Shown here piece after piece: positions 15,649 to 24,950 of a DNA stretch of 45,712 nucleotides. The notes under the pieces were generated by a model. It had not been told where the DNA came from. It was given only the letters and a program-made list of their open reading frames with translations, and ran no database searches. Position 1 is the stretch's first letter, and every line of letters begins with the position of its first letter. A program made the translations under genes and the position numbers. The stretch is from an uncultured Candidatus Saccharibacteria bacterium (GTDB lineage: Bacteria; Patescibacteriota; Dojkabacteria; SC72): NCBI GenBank assembly GCA_964625015.1, contig CAZUZI010000003.1:854-46565 (forward strand), read 5' to 3'.

Positions 15649-18600
15649 CTAATACGGTTTGTAACCTATTTCAGTTTGTGTTATATCAATCTGATTTCCA
15701 AATACAAGATTACTAAGTACTGCATACTTAGAGTGATAGTTAACTAGTAGAGCAGGATATATATTTCTGTCTACAAGCTTTAGGCTCCTACCCATATTCA
15801 ATCCACTATTAGAGTATATTCCTCCACCAATATACAATCCATCATATTTTCGATCTCCAAGTTCTGGATCAATTGTTACAGTACCATTCGCAATTATATA
15901 TGCATTTATACGATCATACTGTATTTGACCAGCTGTTGACCTTTGCATACCCTCATTAATTTCTACGTTACCGTTAACTACAAAGATACATGAATCCCTA
16001 TTAACATTGCTATTCAGTATTTCATTGTCTATTGTCAAATCTCCATTAACAAAGAAAAGTGCCTTACTATCACATATAAATGGTGTAGTAGAAGAACCTA
16101 CAGTCAGATTTTCACTGCGTGAGATACATACTGATGCAGAAGGATTGCATCCACCAGCAGTGGTTAAATTACCACTTATTCCTGATACTGGTAACATATC
16201 AATCTTACCCTCTATAGATCTATTACCGTATGCCTTAACCAATTCCGTATACCAATTAGAGATATTACTATTCATCATAAATGGCCTCATATGATATGAC
16301 TGTATCTGACTACTACTATTAAGTGCTGATGGTCCGACACCATTCACTCTGTCTCCAAAAAGTTCTGTTGTAACGTCTGCATATGATGGGTCTAGATTTT
16401 GTAAAACATCAACAGATTCCCATGGATCCCCTTCAATATCCTTTATTTCATAGTTCATTCCATCAGAAGAATATGTGAATCCTCCGTATGTTACAATCCA
16501 ATCTCCTAAAGAATAGGTTAATGCTGGACTAGTGACATTTCCAGCCATATCGAATACAGTTAAATATATGATCAAGCTTCCTCCGTTGTTCTCACCGATA
16601 TCAATCCTAACCCTATCCGAATATGTATTACTACCGACAGAGAGCTTCCTAAATGCATAACCAGTATTGAGATTTCCTATTCCAGTAGCAGGAGCTTCAA
16701 CTAATTCGTGAATGGAATTAACATCAAGAGTCCCACCAACGACATTGCTAATCATAATTGGGGATGGAGTAGGCATACCCATTGATGCATATATATTCCC
16801 TACAACAGCATATACCTCTTTGTCATCTGTTACATCCCATCTCAACTCTAATACAGTGTCATCTACTACAGTAACAGAGAGATTGTTGTTTACTGGACTC
16901 TGTTTATCTATAGTCCATTTACCAACTGGTGCCCACTGCCTTGCGTAAGTTTGTGCAGGAATAGGGGATGTTCTGTATCTAAGTTGACCCTCTTGCCAGT
17001 ATGAACCTATTTTAGAATTTATCTCCGTATTACTTGTATAGTTATCATACGGTGTAAAACTAAATACATCATTTCCCATTAGGTATATATTGTAAAGAAG
17101 TTCGGAAACAGGTTCAAAACCACTTGTATATGTAAAACTTAATTGGAATGGAAGTGTGACACTGTTCCCAGATCTGGTAATACTTGGTAAATTTCTGTTA
17201 CCGATTGTAACTCTAACCATTCTTACTCCACTTGGCCCAGCAATATCAAACCCGTTATTGGAATATACCGCTCTTACCCATTTCGGAATACCGCTTGCAG
17301 GATAACTTGGAACATATGCCACCCACGCGTTATTTTCCCATCTCATCATAAAGCCCCAGCTACCAGCATCTTGTACACTTGGAGGTTGAGATGGATTAAC
17401 ATTGGTATCAATCCATAATGGAGAAGTTATTTCTCCTGTTTGGATCGAATCTCTAAACCATACAGATACAGCCTCAATATCAGTTGCTCCATTAGAATCA
17501 GTATATGTAGCAGTCATGTGTAATGGATCATTTAAATTGTAATTAGACATCCTTATTCCACTCTGAGAATCACTTGAGAATCCATATTCATTCTGAGCAT
17601 CTGGTAGTATCTGTAAACTTGTTGTTGGTTGTGGACTTACCTGTTCATAGCATGCACCAAAATTAGTAGGACCCCCACATGGTACACCTTTTGTACATGA
17701 TCTAAAGTTACTCAATATCATGTTTGGATTAGTTGTTGTTGCCGTATTCGTCAAAGGAAGTGGACAATTTGGTAGAGCACAGTTATTACACCTATCAATG
17801 TAACATGTCCTTCCGCTTGATACTCCACAGTTGTTTGTACATGTTCTAGTTACTGATCCATATCCATAATTTGTTGAGCTATACAAAGGCTCACATACAG
17901 GTGGAGTACACGCTCTACAGTAACATGTATTTGTTTCAGTACCACACTGAGATGGGGAGTTGTTACATGTAAATGTTGTACTTCCATACCCTTGATTGGT
18001 TGTCTCGTACGTAGGTGCACACGCTGCAGGTGTACATAGTGGGGAACAGAGCCTCTGATTGAATACACAAGCTACTTCAGGAATGGAGAGTGGTCTTCCA
18101 TCTATAATGTAGTAACCATTAATTTGCAAATTCTTAGCTAAAGTACCACCATAATTAGCATCATTTACAAAAATACTGCTTGCAGGAAATGTAGTAGTTT
18201 CAGACGTTCTCGCAGTAGTATATGTATTTGTACGAAGAAGTTGATATGTTCCATTTGGACAACTGCCTTGAGTTGTAGCCCATCCAGCAATCTGGGTCGC
18301 AGAACATACAATATTGTTTGTTGTGTTAGGGTTATCAAGGTTATAGAAGGCGTAGAAGAAGGTATTTACATTAGTATTGGCTGTTGAAGTAACGGTAGAA
18401 GATTGACCAGGTTTTAGATATGTACTAGATGTGGTTGCACTACTGCATAGATTTTGACGTTGCCAGTAACAAGTTCTTGTATTTGTTGAAGGAGAACAGC
18501 CGTCCCCCCTTGAACATGATGTCGTAGTCTTGTATGCATCACCTGTATTTGGAGATTCGGCTGAACCAGTTGGACATGCTGGTGGAGTACAATCTGAACA

Positions 18601-18921
18601 ACTAGAACCACCACATGCGCTATCATCTTTTAAAGAACATCTAGAATATGGATTTCCATTCGACTGAAGGACTTTAACACAGAAGTTATTACCATAGTCA
18701 GTACAACATCTAAAGTAGTGCTGTGTCGTATAACAGTTACTAGAATCTCCACAATATCCTCCCCAAGATGGACTGGTAACATCTGACCAACCACATGAAT
18801 AGTTAGTTGCACATCCAGAAGGTTTCGCACATGTTTGAGCATTCACTTTATCAACAAAAACCAGACTCGATAGAGTGAACAGAAAAAACAAAACTAAATA
18901 TATTTTAAATACTCTCTTCAT
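15649..18921 (-). CDS. Large Sec-secreted cysteine-rich protein A (1090 aa), unknown family; paralog of 19969-22536
   Basis: The signal peptide is MKRVFKIYLVLFFLFTLSSLVFVDKVNA/QT. I count 38 Cys between residues 31 and 424. The core of about 650 aa aligns by eye with the 855-aa paralog. The C-terminus is ...TEIGYKPY. Confidence 0.85.
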   Translation of the reverse strand: MKRVFKIYLVLFFLFTLSSLVFVDKVNAQTCAKPSGCATNYSCGWSDVTSPSWGGYCGDSSNCYTTQHYFRCCTDYGNNFCVKVLQSNGNPYSRCSLKDDSACGGSSCSDCTPPACPTGSAESPNTGDAYKTTTSCSRGDGCSPSTNTRTCYWQRQNLCSSATTSSTYLKPGQSSTVTSTANTNVNTFFYAFYNLDNPNTTNNIVCSATQIAGWATTQGSCPNGTYQLLRTNTYTTARTSETTTFPASSIFVNDANYGGTLAKNLQINGYYIIDGRPLSIPEVACVFNQRLCSPLCTPAACAPTYETTNQGYGSTTFTCNNSPSQCGTETNTCYCRACTPPVCEPLYSSTNYGYGSVTRTCTNNCGVSSGRTCYIDRCNNCALPNCPLPLTNTATTTNPNMILSNFRSCTKGVPCGGPTNFGACYEQVSPQPTTSLQILPDAQNEYGFSSDSQSGIRMSNYNLNDPLHMTATYTDSNGATDIEAVSVWFRDSIQTGEITSPLWIDTNVNPSQPPSVQDAGSWGFMMRWENNAWVAYVPSYPASGIPKWVRAVYSNNGFDIAGPSGVRMVRVTIGNRNLPSITRSGNSVTLPFQLSFTYTSGFEPVSELLYNIYLMGNDVFSFTPYDNYTSNTEINSKIGSYWQEGQLRYRTSPIPAQTYARQWAPVGKWTIDKQSPVNNNLSVTVVDDTVLELRWDVTDDKEVYAVVGNIYASMGMPTPSPIMISNVVGGTLDVNSIHELVEAPATGIGNLNTGYAFRKLSVGSNTYSDRVRIDIGENNGGSLIIYLTVFDMAGNVTSPALTYSLGDWIVTYGGFTYSSDGMNYEIKDIEGDPWESVDVLQNLDPSYADVTTELFGDRVNGVGPSALNSSSQIQSYHMRPFMMNSNISNWYTELVKAYGNRSIEGKIDMLPVSGISGNLTTAGGCNPSASVCISRSENLTVGSSTTPFICDSKALFFVNGDLTIDNEILNSNVNRDSCIFVVNGNVEINEGMQRSTAGQIQYDRINAYIIANGTVTIDPELGDRKYDGLYIGGGIYSNSGLNMGRSLKLVDRNIYPALLVNYHSKYAVLSNLVFGNQIDITQTEIGYKPY

Positions 18922-19963
18922 TCTGTATCTCTAAGAAAAGTAACATATTCAAAAGGAAATCCTTTGTACAGTATACTGTAGCATTTGGTGTACAGTATGG
19001 TGTATTTTTACCAAACAGAAAACCCTGTTTTACAAAATCTTCTACATTTGCCAATGCTGCTAGACCTACCTCATTTTTAGAATCATATAGGTATGAGATA
19101 TTAATACTGTTTGTAACAAGATCAGACATATACAACTCCTCTTTAACTTCTGGCTTTAATATTGTTAGTACTTCACTGTCTGAGATTTCATATTCTGAAT
19201 CACAAAACTCATTTAGTATTAAATCCGAAAATAAAGAGAACGCATCTTCCTCTTTTGGAGTATTACAAATGGATTCTTTGATATAAATTTCTATAACATT
19301 TCCCTTATCTAAGAATTTTGCCTTTGAGAGAGCTAAATCTAATGAGATTCTTTTAGACAGTAGCTTGGTTCTTACATTAGACAATCTATCGTTATCACTA
19401 TTTGATTTTGATAAATATACATATTCAGAGAGTAGGGAAGAAACTTCTGTTAAAGAATTTCCTTTATCTACCGTATACTCTGTAATTAGATACTTAATAT
19501 CTTTTTGTAGTTCTTCCTTAAGTTGATCATATTTCAAATTTTGAACTATATATACTCCATTGTATAAAGTAATTCTCTTAAATTCATTATTACAAAAGAA
19601 GAGTAAACACTCCTGTTTATCTGTATATTCAAATGATATGTAAATTAATGATGGTGAAATAGGATTATCTCCAATTAAAATAGTAGGGGTGTATTCACTC
19701 TTTATCTTGTCAAGAGGAATTACTATGTTTTCTTTCTTTTGGTAGAGATTGAATGAAATAGTGTTATTAATATACTCAAGAGAATCGACCCAAACAAAAC
19801 CATATAGCTTTGAGTCTGATTCCGTTAAGAGATTTTTTAGTGAATCATAGTTTGTAATATTTTTTGTATCTTTCTTTATTAGAAATAAAACAACAAAGAT
19901 AAGGAGTAATACTATGATCAAACTCAAAATTGTGATAATAATTGTTTTTTTCTTTCTATTCAT
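18905..19963 (-). CDS. Single-pass membrane protein, cassette partner 2, unknown function
   Basis: The N-terminus is basic and followed by a TM segment (NRKKKTIIITILSLIIVLLLIFVVLFLI). The tracked start at 19969 is GTG, and an ATG lies at 19963. Its 3' end overlaps the start of protein A by 17 nt. Confidence 0.6.
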   Translation of the reverse strand: MNRKKKTIIITILSLIIVLLLIFVVLFLIKKDTKNITNYDSLKNLLTESDSKLYGFVWVDSLEYINNTISFNLYQKKENIVIPLDKIKSEYTPTILIGDNPISPSLIYISFEYTDKQECLLFFCNNEFKRITLYNGVYIVQNLKYDQLKEELQKDIKYLITEYTVDKGNSLTEVSSLLSEYVYLSKSNSDNDRLSNVRTKLLSKRISLDLALSKAKFLDKGNVIEIYIKESICNTPKEEDAFSLFSDLILNEFCDSEYEISDSEVLTILKPEVKEELYMSDLVTNSINISYLYDSKNEVGLAALANVEDFVKQGFLFGKNTPYCTPNATVYCTKDFLLNMLLFLEIQNEESI

Positions 19964-19968
19964 ATCCA

Positions 19969-22536
19969 CTAATACGGCTTAAATCCAACTTCTGTTTTTG
20001 CCATATCTACTGGACTACCAAGTAAAATACTGCTAAATAGTCCGTATTTTGAATGATGATCTATGACTAATGCTGGATATGTATTTCTATAATTTATACC
20101 TAAATATCTATTCATCAAAATACCATTCCTCGATTGTATGCCCCCATTTATATATAGACCATCGTATGAGATATCTGAGTTTATAGTTACACTACCATCA
20201 ACTAAGAAATATCCATTTATTTCATCATATCCCATTTGAGTAGGAGAGGATGTATTCAATCCGTTGTTAATGATTAAATTCCCAGCTACAACAAAGATAC
20301 AGGCATCTTTATTCCTATTACTATTTGCAATACCATTTTGTATTGTTAGATTACCTGATACAAAGAATATTCCTCTTCCATTACAATTGAAGATACTATT
20401 GTTGCCTACAGTTAAGTTACCATTTCTATCAAGGACATTTATTCCACCTGTTCCATAGTTAGAAAGACTACCAACTAGGGTAGGTGTATTAGGTATTCTC
20501 TGAACTCCACTTATACCAGATTCCCTTCTCTCGAATGTACTCTTTAAATCGATATAGAAGTTTACAGGTTTATATCCACGGAACGGATTTACTGCGTATG
20601 ATCTAAGTTCATTGGTTCTTACAAGCTTATTCAGAATTGTACTAGAAGTAGATGCATTACCTGCAAATAACTCACTAGTTAAATCTGCATGCTGTGGTGT
20701 TATCTTTCTAAGAAATACGTATGGATCCCACAATGCTGAATCTTCTACATTCTTTACTGTAAAATCAATACCATTTTCAGAGTATACTAATCCACCGTAT
20801 GTAATAAGCCAATCTTCAAGATCATATAGCCCATATGAAGAACCGTAATTACACGCTCTATCGAATGCTGTTGAATATACAACCAGACTTCCATCACGAT
20901 TGGATTGTGTATTTACACGAATAGATTGTGAGTCGGAAGTTGAGTTAATTCCAACAGACTTCGCTAAATACTGTGAATTAAGATTACCTATGAGATTTAT
21001 GTCTGCAGGAGGATTCAGTAATGTAAATGGTTGAGGAGAAATTGTTTTTGTACCTAAAGCTGTTAGTGTTGTTTCAGAAATTGTGTCTGTTTCTTCAGGA
21101 TTAACTCCTTCAGAAATGTATGCATTAACAACTACAGAGGATAACCCACCCTGATCGTTACTATCCCAGTTGAATCGGAGATATGTCGGATATTCAATTT
21201 GGGAAGAGAGATTCCCTACTGTAGGTGCAGTGAAATCGTAGGACCAATCTCTACTACTATCTGTCCATTTGTTATAGTACCTTATTTGTTCAGCAACATA
21301 TTTCGGTGATGTGGTTATTCCTGCAGGATAGTTATCATATGGTGTAAATCCAAATACATCATTTGCCATAACAAAGACATTATATGAACCGTCAAGTGGT
21401 CTATTTGCTTGAAGTATATTTCTGTAATCAAAACTAAAATCAAATACAACAGTATCCCCTTGTGGCGTAATACTGTTTACAACAACTTCTGCAATATTTT
21501 GACCAGTTGGTCCTTTTATCATAAATCGATTGCTACTATAACTAGCCTTAATCCATTTATTTTGAGTAGAGTCACTTAAAAGGCTTGGAATATAAGGGAC
21601 CCAGTTATTTCCCTCCTTATGCATCAAGAAACCGTAACTCGAATTTGTATATACTCTTCCTGTTTGCCCAGAATTACTGTCCAAATCAATGAAAGATGGA
21701 GTATTTGGTATATCTGTTGTTGTTTTTAACCATATGTATATCGCCTCTATATCATTAGCCCCATCTGCATCCCTATGTGTACTCCTCATTCTAATCGGAT
21801 TATTCATATCTAAACCAGTATAAGTAGAAGATACACATCCTCTGCTATTAGGAATTGAAGATGGCAGTACTTCAAGTGAAGATATTGGGTCTTCTGTACA
21901 ACCAGAATCTCCCATTACACAATCACGAGGTTCATAACAATCTCCATACTTAGTACCTGCACAGCTACCAGTTCTTTCACAAGATCTGTAGTTCGCAAGC
22001 TTAAATTCTTCAAGACCAGTATTTGTTAGTGGGGCAGGACAGTTACCGTAATCACAATCAACACATGGATCTGGAGCTGGACAGTAATATGATATACAGT
22101 TACTTCCATCAGCTCTTTTACATCCAGTATATGTACAAGAGCAACCAGCCTCTGCTAAACATTCCTGTGTTCCACACCCACAAGATAGATCACCTCCGCC
22201 TCCACTACCAACACAGCATCCTTGATATTGCAAATTTTCATCATTAAGACATTCTGTAGGAGAAGTATAGAAATAAATCCCACCATTACAGTTTGCATCA
22301 GTTCCAGAACAAGGATAATATCGTTCAATTCCAGTCAATTCAACACAATATGCCTGTGGAGAGCCATATCTCATCCATACGCCCTCTCCTCCATTAATAC
22401 CACCAAGTGGAGCAGAGCAATATGTACCAGAATCACATACATATGCTAATGCTTCAGTTTTAAAAAGGAATACATAACCAAAAATAGATATAAATACAAC
22501 TAATAGAAGTTTTACAATCTTTATTCCATTATTCAT
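19969..22536 (-). CDS. Large Sec-secreted cysteine-rich protein B (855 aa), unknown family; paralog of 15649-18921
   Basis: The signal peptide is ...FISIFGYVFLFKTEALA/YV. I count 24 Cys between residues 34 and 213. It shares blocks with A, for example YNVFVMANDVFGFTPYDNY and LEDWLITYGG. The C-terminus is ...TEVGFKPY. Confidence 0.85.
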   Translation of the reverse strand: MNNGIKIVKLLLVVFISIFGYVFLFKTEALAYVCDSGTYCSAPLGGINGGEGVWMRYGSPQAYCVELTGIERYYPCSGTDANCNGGIYFYTSPTECLNDENLQYQGCCVGSGGGGDLSCGCGTQECLAEAGCSCTYTGCKRADGSNCISYYCPAPDPCVDCDYGNCPAPLTNTGLEEFKLANYRSCERTGSCAGTKYGDCYEPRDCVMGDSGCTEDPISSLEVLPSSIPNSRGCVSSTYTGLDMNNPIRMRSTHRDADGANDIEAIYIWLKTTTDIPNTPSFIDLDSNSGQTGRVYTNSSYGFLMHKEGNNWVPYIPSLLSDSTQNKWIKASYSSNRFMIKGPTGQNIAEVVVNSITPQGDTVVFDFSFDYRNILQANRPLDGSYNVFVMANDVFGFTPYDNYPAGITTSPKYVAEQIRYYNKWTDSSRDWSYDFTAPTVGNLSSQIEYPTYLRFNWDSNDQGGLSSVVVNAYISEGVNPEETDTISETTLTALGTKTISPQPFTLLNPPADINLIGNLNSQYLAKSVGINSTSDSQSIRVNTQSNRDGSLVVYSTAFDRACNYGSSYGLYDLEDWLITYGGLVYSENGIDFTVKNVEDSALWDPYVFLRKITPQHADLTSELFAGNASTSSTILNKLVRTNELRSYAVNPFRGYKPVNFYIDLKSTFERRESGISGVQRIPNTPTLVGSLSNYGTGGINVLDRNGNLTVGNNSIFNCNGRGIFFVSGNLTIQNGIANSNRNKDACIFVVAGNLIINNGLNTSSPTQMGYDEINGYFLVDGSVTINSDISYDGLYINGGIQSRNGILMNRYLGINYRNTYPALVIDHHSKYGLFSSILLGSPVDMAKTEVGFKPY

Positions 22537-23525
22537 TTTTTTAAAGCAAGGTATAAAATAAAGGATTTAGATATATCACTAGAATTCTGTAAGCTGCTAT
22601 CGACATCCGATACAGTAGGGAATGTATCTTCCGTCATGAAAGGATACATACATATTGGATAATCTGTAACTTGGTCAGTTGAACAAATTGTCTCTAAATT
22701 GACATCTAGAGCAGGTGAAGATTCAGGAATATATATTAGTGAGAGATCTAAACTTAAATTAAGATCAAAGTCGGAATAGTTTGATGCATCAATATTTTTA
22801 ACACCACCATCTTTAACAGAGGGATCTTCTATATATACAAATTTAGTTGTACTTGTTATAAAATCTTTTTCTTTACCATTAAACATTGTAGTGAATCTTA
22901 TATTTAATCTATCACCATCATTGCTTATTTCCTTTATTCTTGCTTTTCTAAAATAGAGATAACCAATACCCTTTTTAGTTTCTGCTACAGAATATCCTTT
23001 ATCAATTGATTTCTCCGTCTCATATGTCATTAATCCACCTAGGTTATAATTGCCTGATAACTTTTTAAGAAGAGAACCAGTTTCATCATCAGTTAATCTG
23101 TTAATTGATATAACCGGAGTATTGAACTCATAGATATTAAACCTTTTCTTATCTGTAAATATTATCTCAACAGGGTATACACTCCCCTTTGCTTTCTCAA
23201 CATCCAACTCCTCTTTATCCCAATTTATAAACCCAATCTTGTTACATATTGGTCTCTCATACAATGTGTTTTTTAAGGATACAAAATACAGAGTAAAACA
23301 TTCTTGATTATTTTCTGTAGTTACCTTCTTAAAGAAGCCTCTACATATATATTTATCAGCAGTATCACTAGATTCCCTTTCACAGTTTTTGTAAAGGTTG
23401 TAATACGAAGTATCTAGTGATGTGCTCTTCTGATAGAAGAAATGGAGGACAACAACAGAGACTAGAAGTAGGAATACTATCACGATTAATGCAAATAATT
23501 TTCTTTTTCTTAGTACTATTTTCAA
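22533..23525 (-). CDS. Single-pass membrane protein, cassette partner 1, unknown function
   Basis: The N-terminus is LRKRKLFALIVIVFLLLVSVVVLHFF. The only available start is TTG at 23525. Its stop overlaps the ATG of protein B (ATGA at 22533-22536). Confidence 0.55.
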   Translation of the reverse strand: MKIVLRKRKLFALIVIVFLLLVSVVVLHFFYQKSTSLDTSYYNLYKNCERESSDTADKYICRGFFKKVTTENNQECFTLYFVSLKNTLYERPICNKIGFINWDKEELDVEKAKGSVYPVEIIFTDKKRFNIYEFNTPVISINRLTDDETGSLLKKLSGNYNLGGLMTYETEKSIDKGYSVAETKKGIGYLYFRKARIKEISNDGDRLNIRFTTMFNGKEKDFITSTTKFVYIEDPSVKDGGVKNIDASNYSDFDLNLSLDLSLIYIPESSPALDVNLETICSTDQVTDYPICMYPFMTEDTFPTVSDVDSSLQNSSDISKSFILYLALKK

Positions 23526-23551
23526 GAATTGAGCAGTATAAAATAAGGTAA

Positions 23552-23938
23552 TTATCCCAAGAATTTATCTAATTCTCTTAACAAACCAGAATAATCTAAA
23601 TCTGCTTTAACTAGATATGATGATGCTCCCATACCAAATGCTTCCTTAATAACAGATTCACTAGTCATATTTGTAAGAATTATTATTGGCATAGAACCAT
23701 ACTTCTCTTCATTGTTCTTAATTGTCTTCAACACCTCTAAACCGTCAACACCGGGCATCATAAGATCGAGTAATACAAGATCTATTTGCCCTAAACCCTT
23801 TGAAAGCATATCTAATCCATGATATCCATCAGGTGCCTTCAGTGGAGTAAATCCTGCCGCCTGAACTATCTCTGCATAGGAGTCTAGCAAAGGTGATTCG
23901 TCTTCTACGATTAGTATCCTTTTCATTTGTGCAGGCAT
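23552..23938 (-). CDS. Stand-alone CheY-like response-regulator receiver domain (PilH/PilG-like by context)
   Basis: ILIVEDE is the acidic pocket and DLVLLDLMMPGVDG is the phospho-Asp context. IIILTN and YLVKA are also present. It is 128 aa with no output domain. AGGA lies 9 nt upstream of the ATG. Confidence 0.85.
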   Translation of the reverse strand: MPAQMKRILIVEDESPLLDSYAEIVQAAGFTPLKAPDGYHGLDMLSKGLGQIDLVLLDLMMPGVDGLEVLKTIKNNEEKYGSMPIIILTNMTSESVIKEAFGMGASSYLVKADLDYSGLLRELDKFLG

Positions 23939-23955
23939 AACTATTTTCCTTTAAT

Positions 23956-24930
23956 TTAATTTTGAGTAGGCTCTAATGTTCCAATATTGTATATTGTATA
24001 GTCAAAAATAGACGAATATCCAACACTATCTGTACCTGGTACCATAATTTGCTTCTCCCTATATGAACCGTAACAGTTTACGGCCGCATTCACTTTCATA
24101 AACGAAAATTTGTATGTAGAACACTCTCCTACAGATGTAGAGACACCAAGAGTAAGATTGAGTGGTATTATTCTTATTTGTTGAAGAGTAGTGCCAGCAG
24201 GCCCAGTTTCTCCCAAATCTATATTCAGAGTATTTCCAGCATTAAGTCCATTAAAGGATGTAGAAGGTGAGGCAATACCACTCAAATCATCACTACTGCA
24301 GGATGTGGAATTAGGAGTAAAACAGTATGCTGTAATATGTTCAGGTGAATACTCTGCAATATTTCCATCTGTATCACTGTAAATTTTCTTTACAGCAAAG
24401 AGAGTGGGTGCATTATCTCTTGCTTCAAACTGGAATGATACACTACATGGACCAGCTCCACTGTATGTATTTCCATCAAGATTTAAAACTCTTGCAGAAC
24501 CGACTCTCACATCAACAAAATCCGAAGATGTTGCGGGAGATATTGTTAGCTTCAATGAAGAACCCTTAGAGGTATCTTCACACCATTGCTGGCCAGTAGT
24601 CGCACTTAGTATTGTTGAATCTATACTGTGTTCATTTAAGAAAGCAATAACCTCATTAATTCCATTAAATTCAAATTTCTTTTCTCCCTCAATAGCATCA
24701 AGTTCTAATGATATATTGTGTAATATCTGAAAATCAGTTCTAACAAAGAGATCCAAAAGACTATCTGCCTGTTCCGAAGCCATTATTGAATCCTTTGTAT
24801 TGATGGCAGATTCTCTGTTTTTTAATGTCCTTGAATATAGAGACGCTCCTAATACTGTTGCAACAACAAGTATGACCATTACAATAGCAATAGCTTGTCC
24901 TGAATACATACTTACTTTGTTATATTTCAT
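23956..24930 (-). CDS. PilX/GspK-like pseudopilin candidate (N-terminal hydrophobic helix without Glu5)
   Basis: The N-terminus is MKYNKVSMYSGQAIAIVMVILVVATVLGASLY. It is the last gene in the minor-pilin row. There is no G/FxxxE motif, so the call is contextual. Confidence 0.45.
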   Translation of the reverse strand: MKYNKVSMYSGQAIAIVMVILVVATVLGASLYSRTLKNRESAINTKDSIMASEQADSLLDLFVRTDFQILHNISLELDAIEGEKKFEFNGINEVIAFLNEHSIDSTILSATTGQQWCEDTSKGSSLKLTISPATSSDFVDVRVGSARVLNLDGNTYSGAGPCSVSFQFEARDNAPTLFAVKKIYSDTDGNIAEYSPEHITAYCFTPNSTSCSSDDLSGIASPSTSFNGLNAGNTLNIDLGETGPAGTTLQQIRIIPLNLTLGVSTSVGECSTYKFSFMKVNAAVNCYGSYREKQIMVPGTDSVGYSSIFDYTIYNIGTLEPTQN

Positions 24931-24950
24931 ATATAAAAATTAACAATTAA

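Noticed and set aside
17850-18842. Same-strand alternate-frame ORFs at 17850-18068, 18414-18626 and 18630-18842 are His/Val/Gln-rich and lie within Cys-rich protein A. I considered them as possible overlapping genes.
   Set aside because: They fall exactly in the Cys/Thr/Pro-rich region, where biased codons (TGY, ACN, CCN) suppress stops in the shifted frame. Their composition is what a +1 or -1 reading of that bias produces. There is no support for separate translation.
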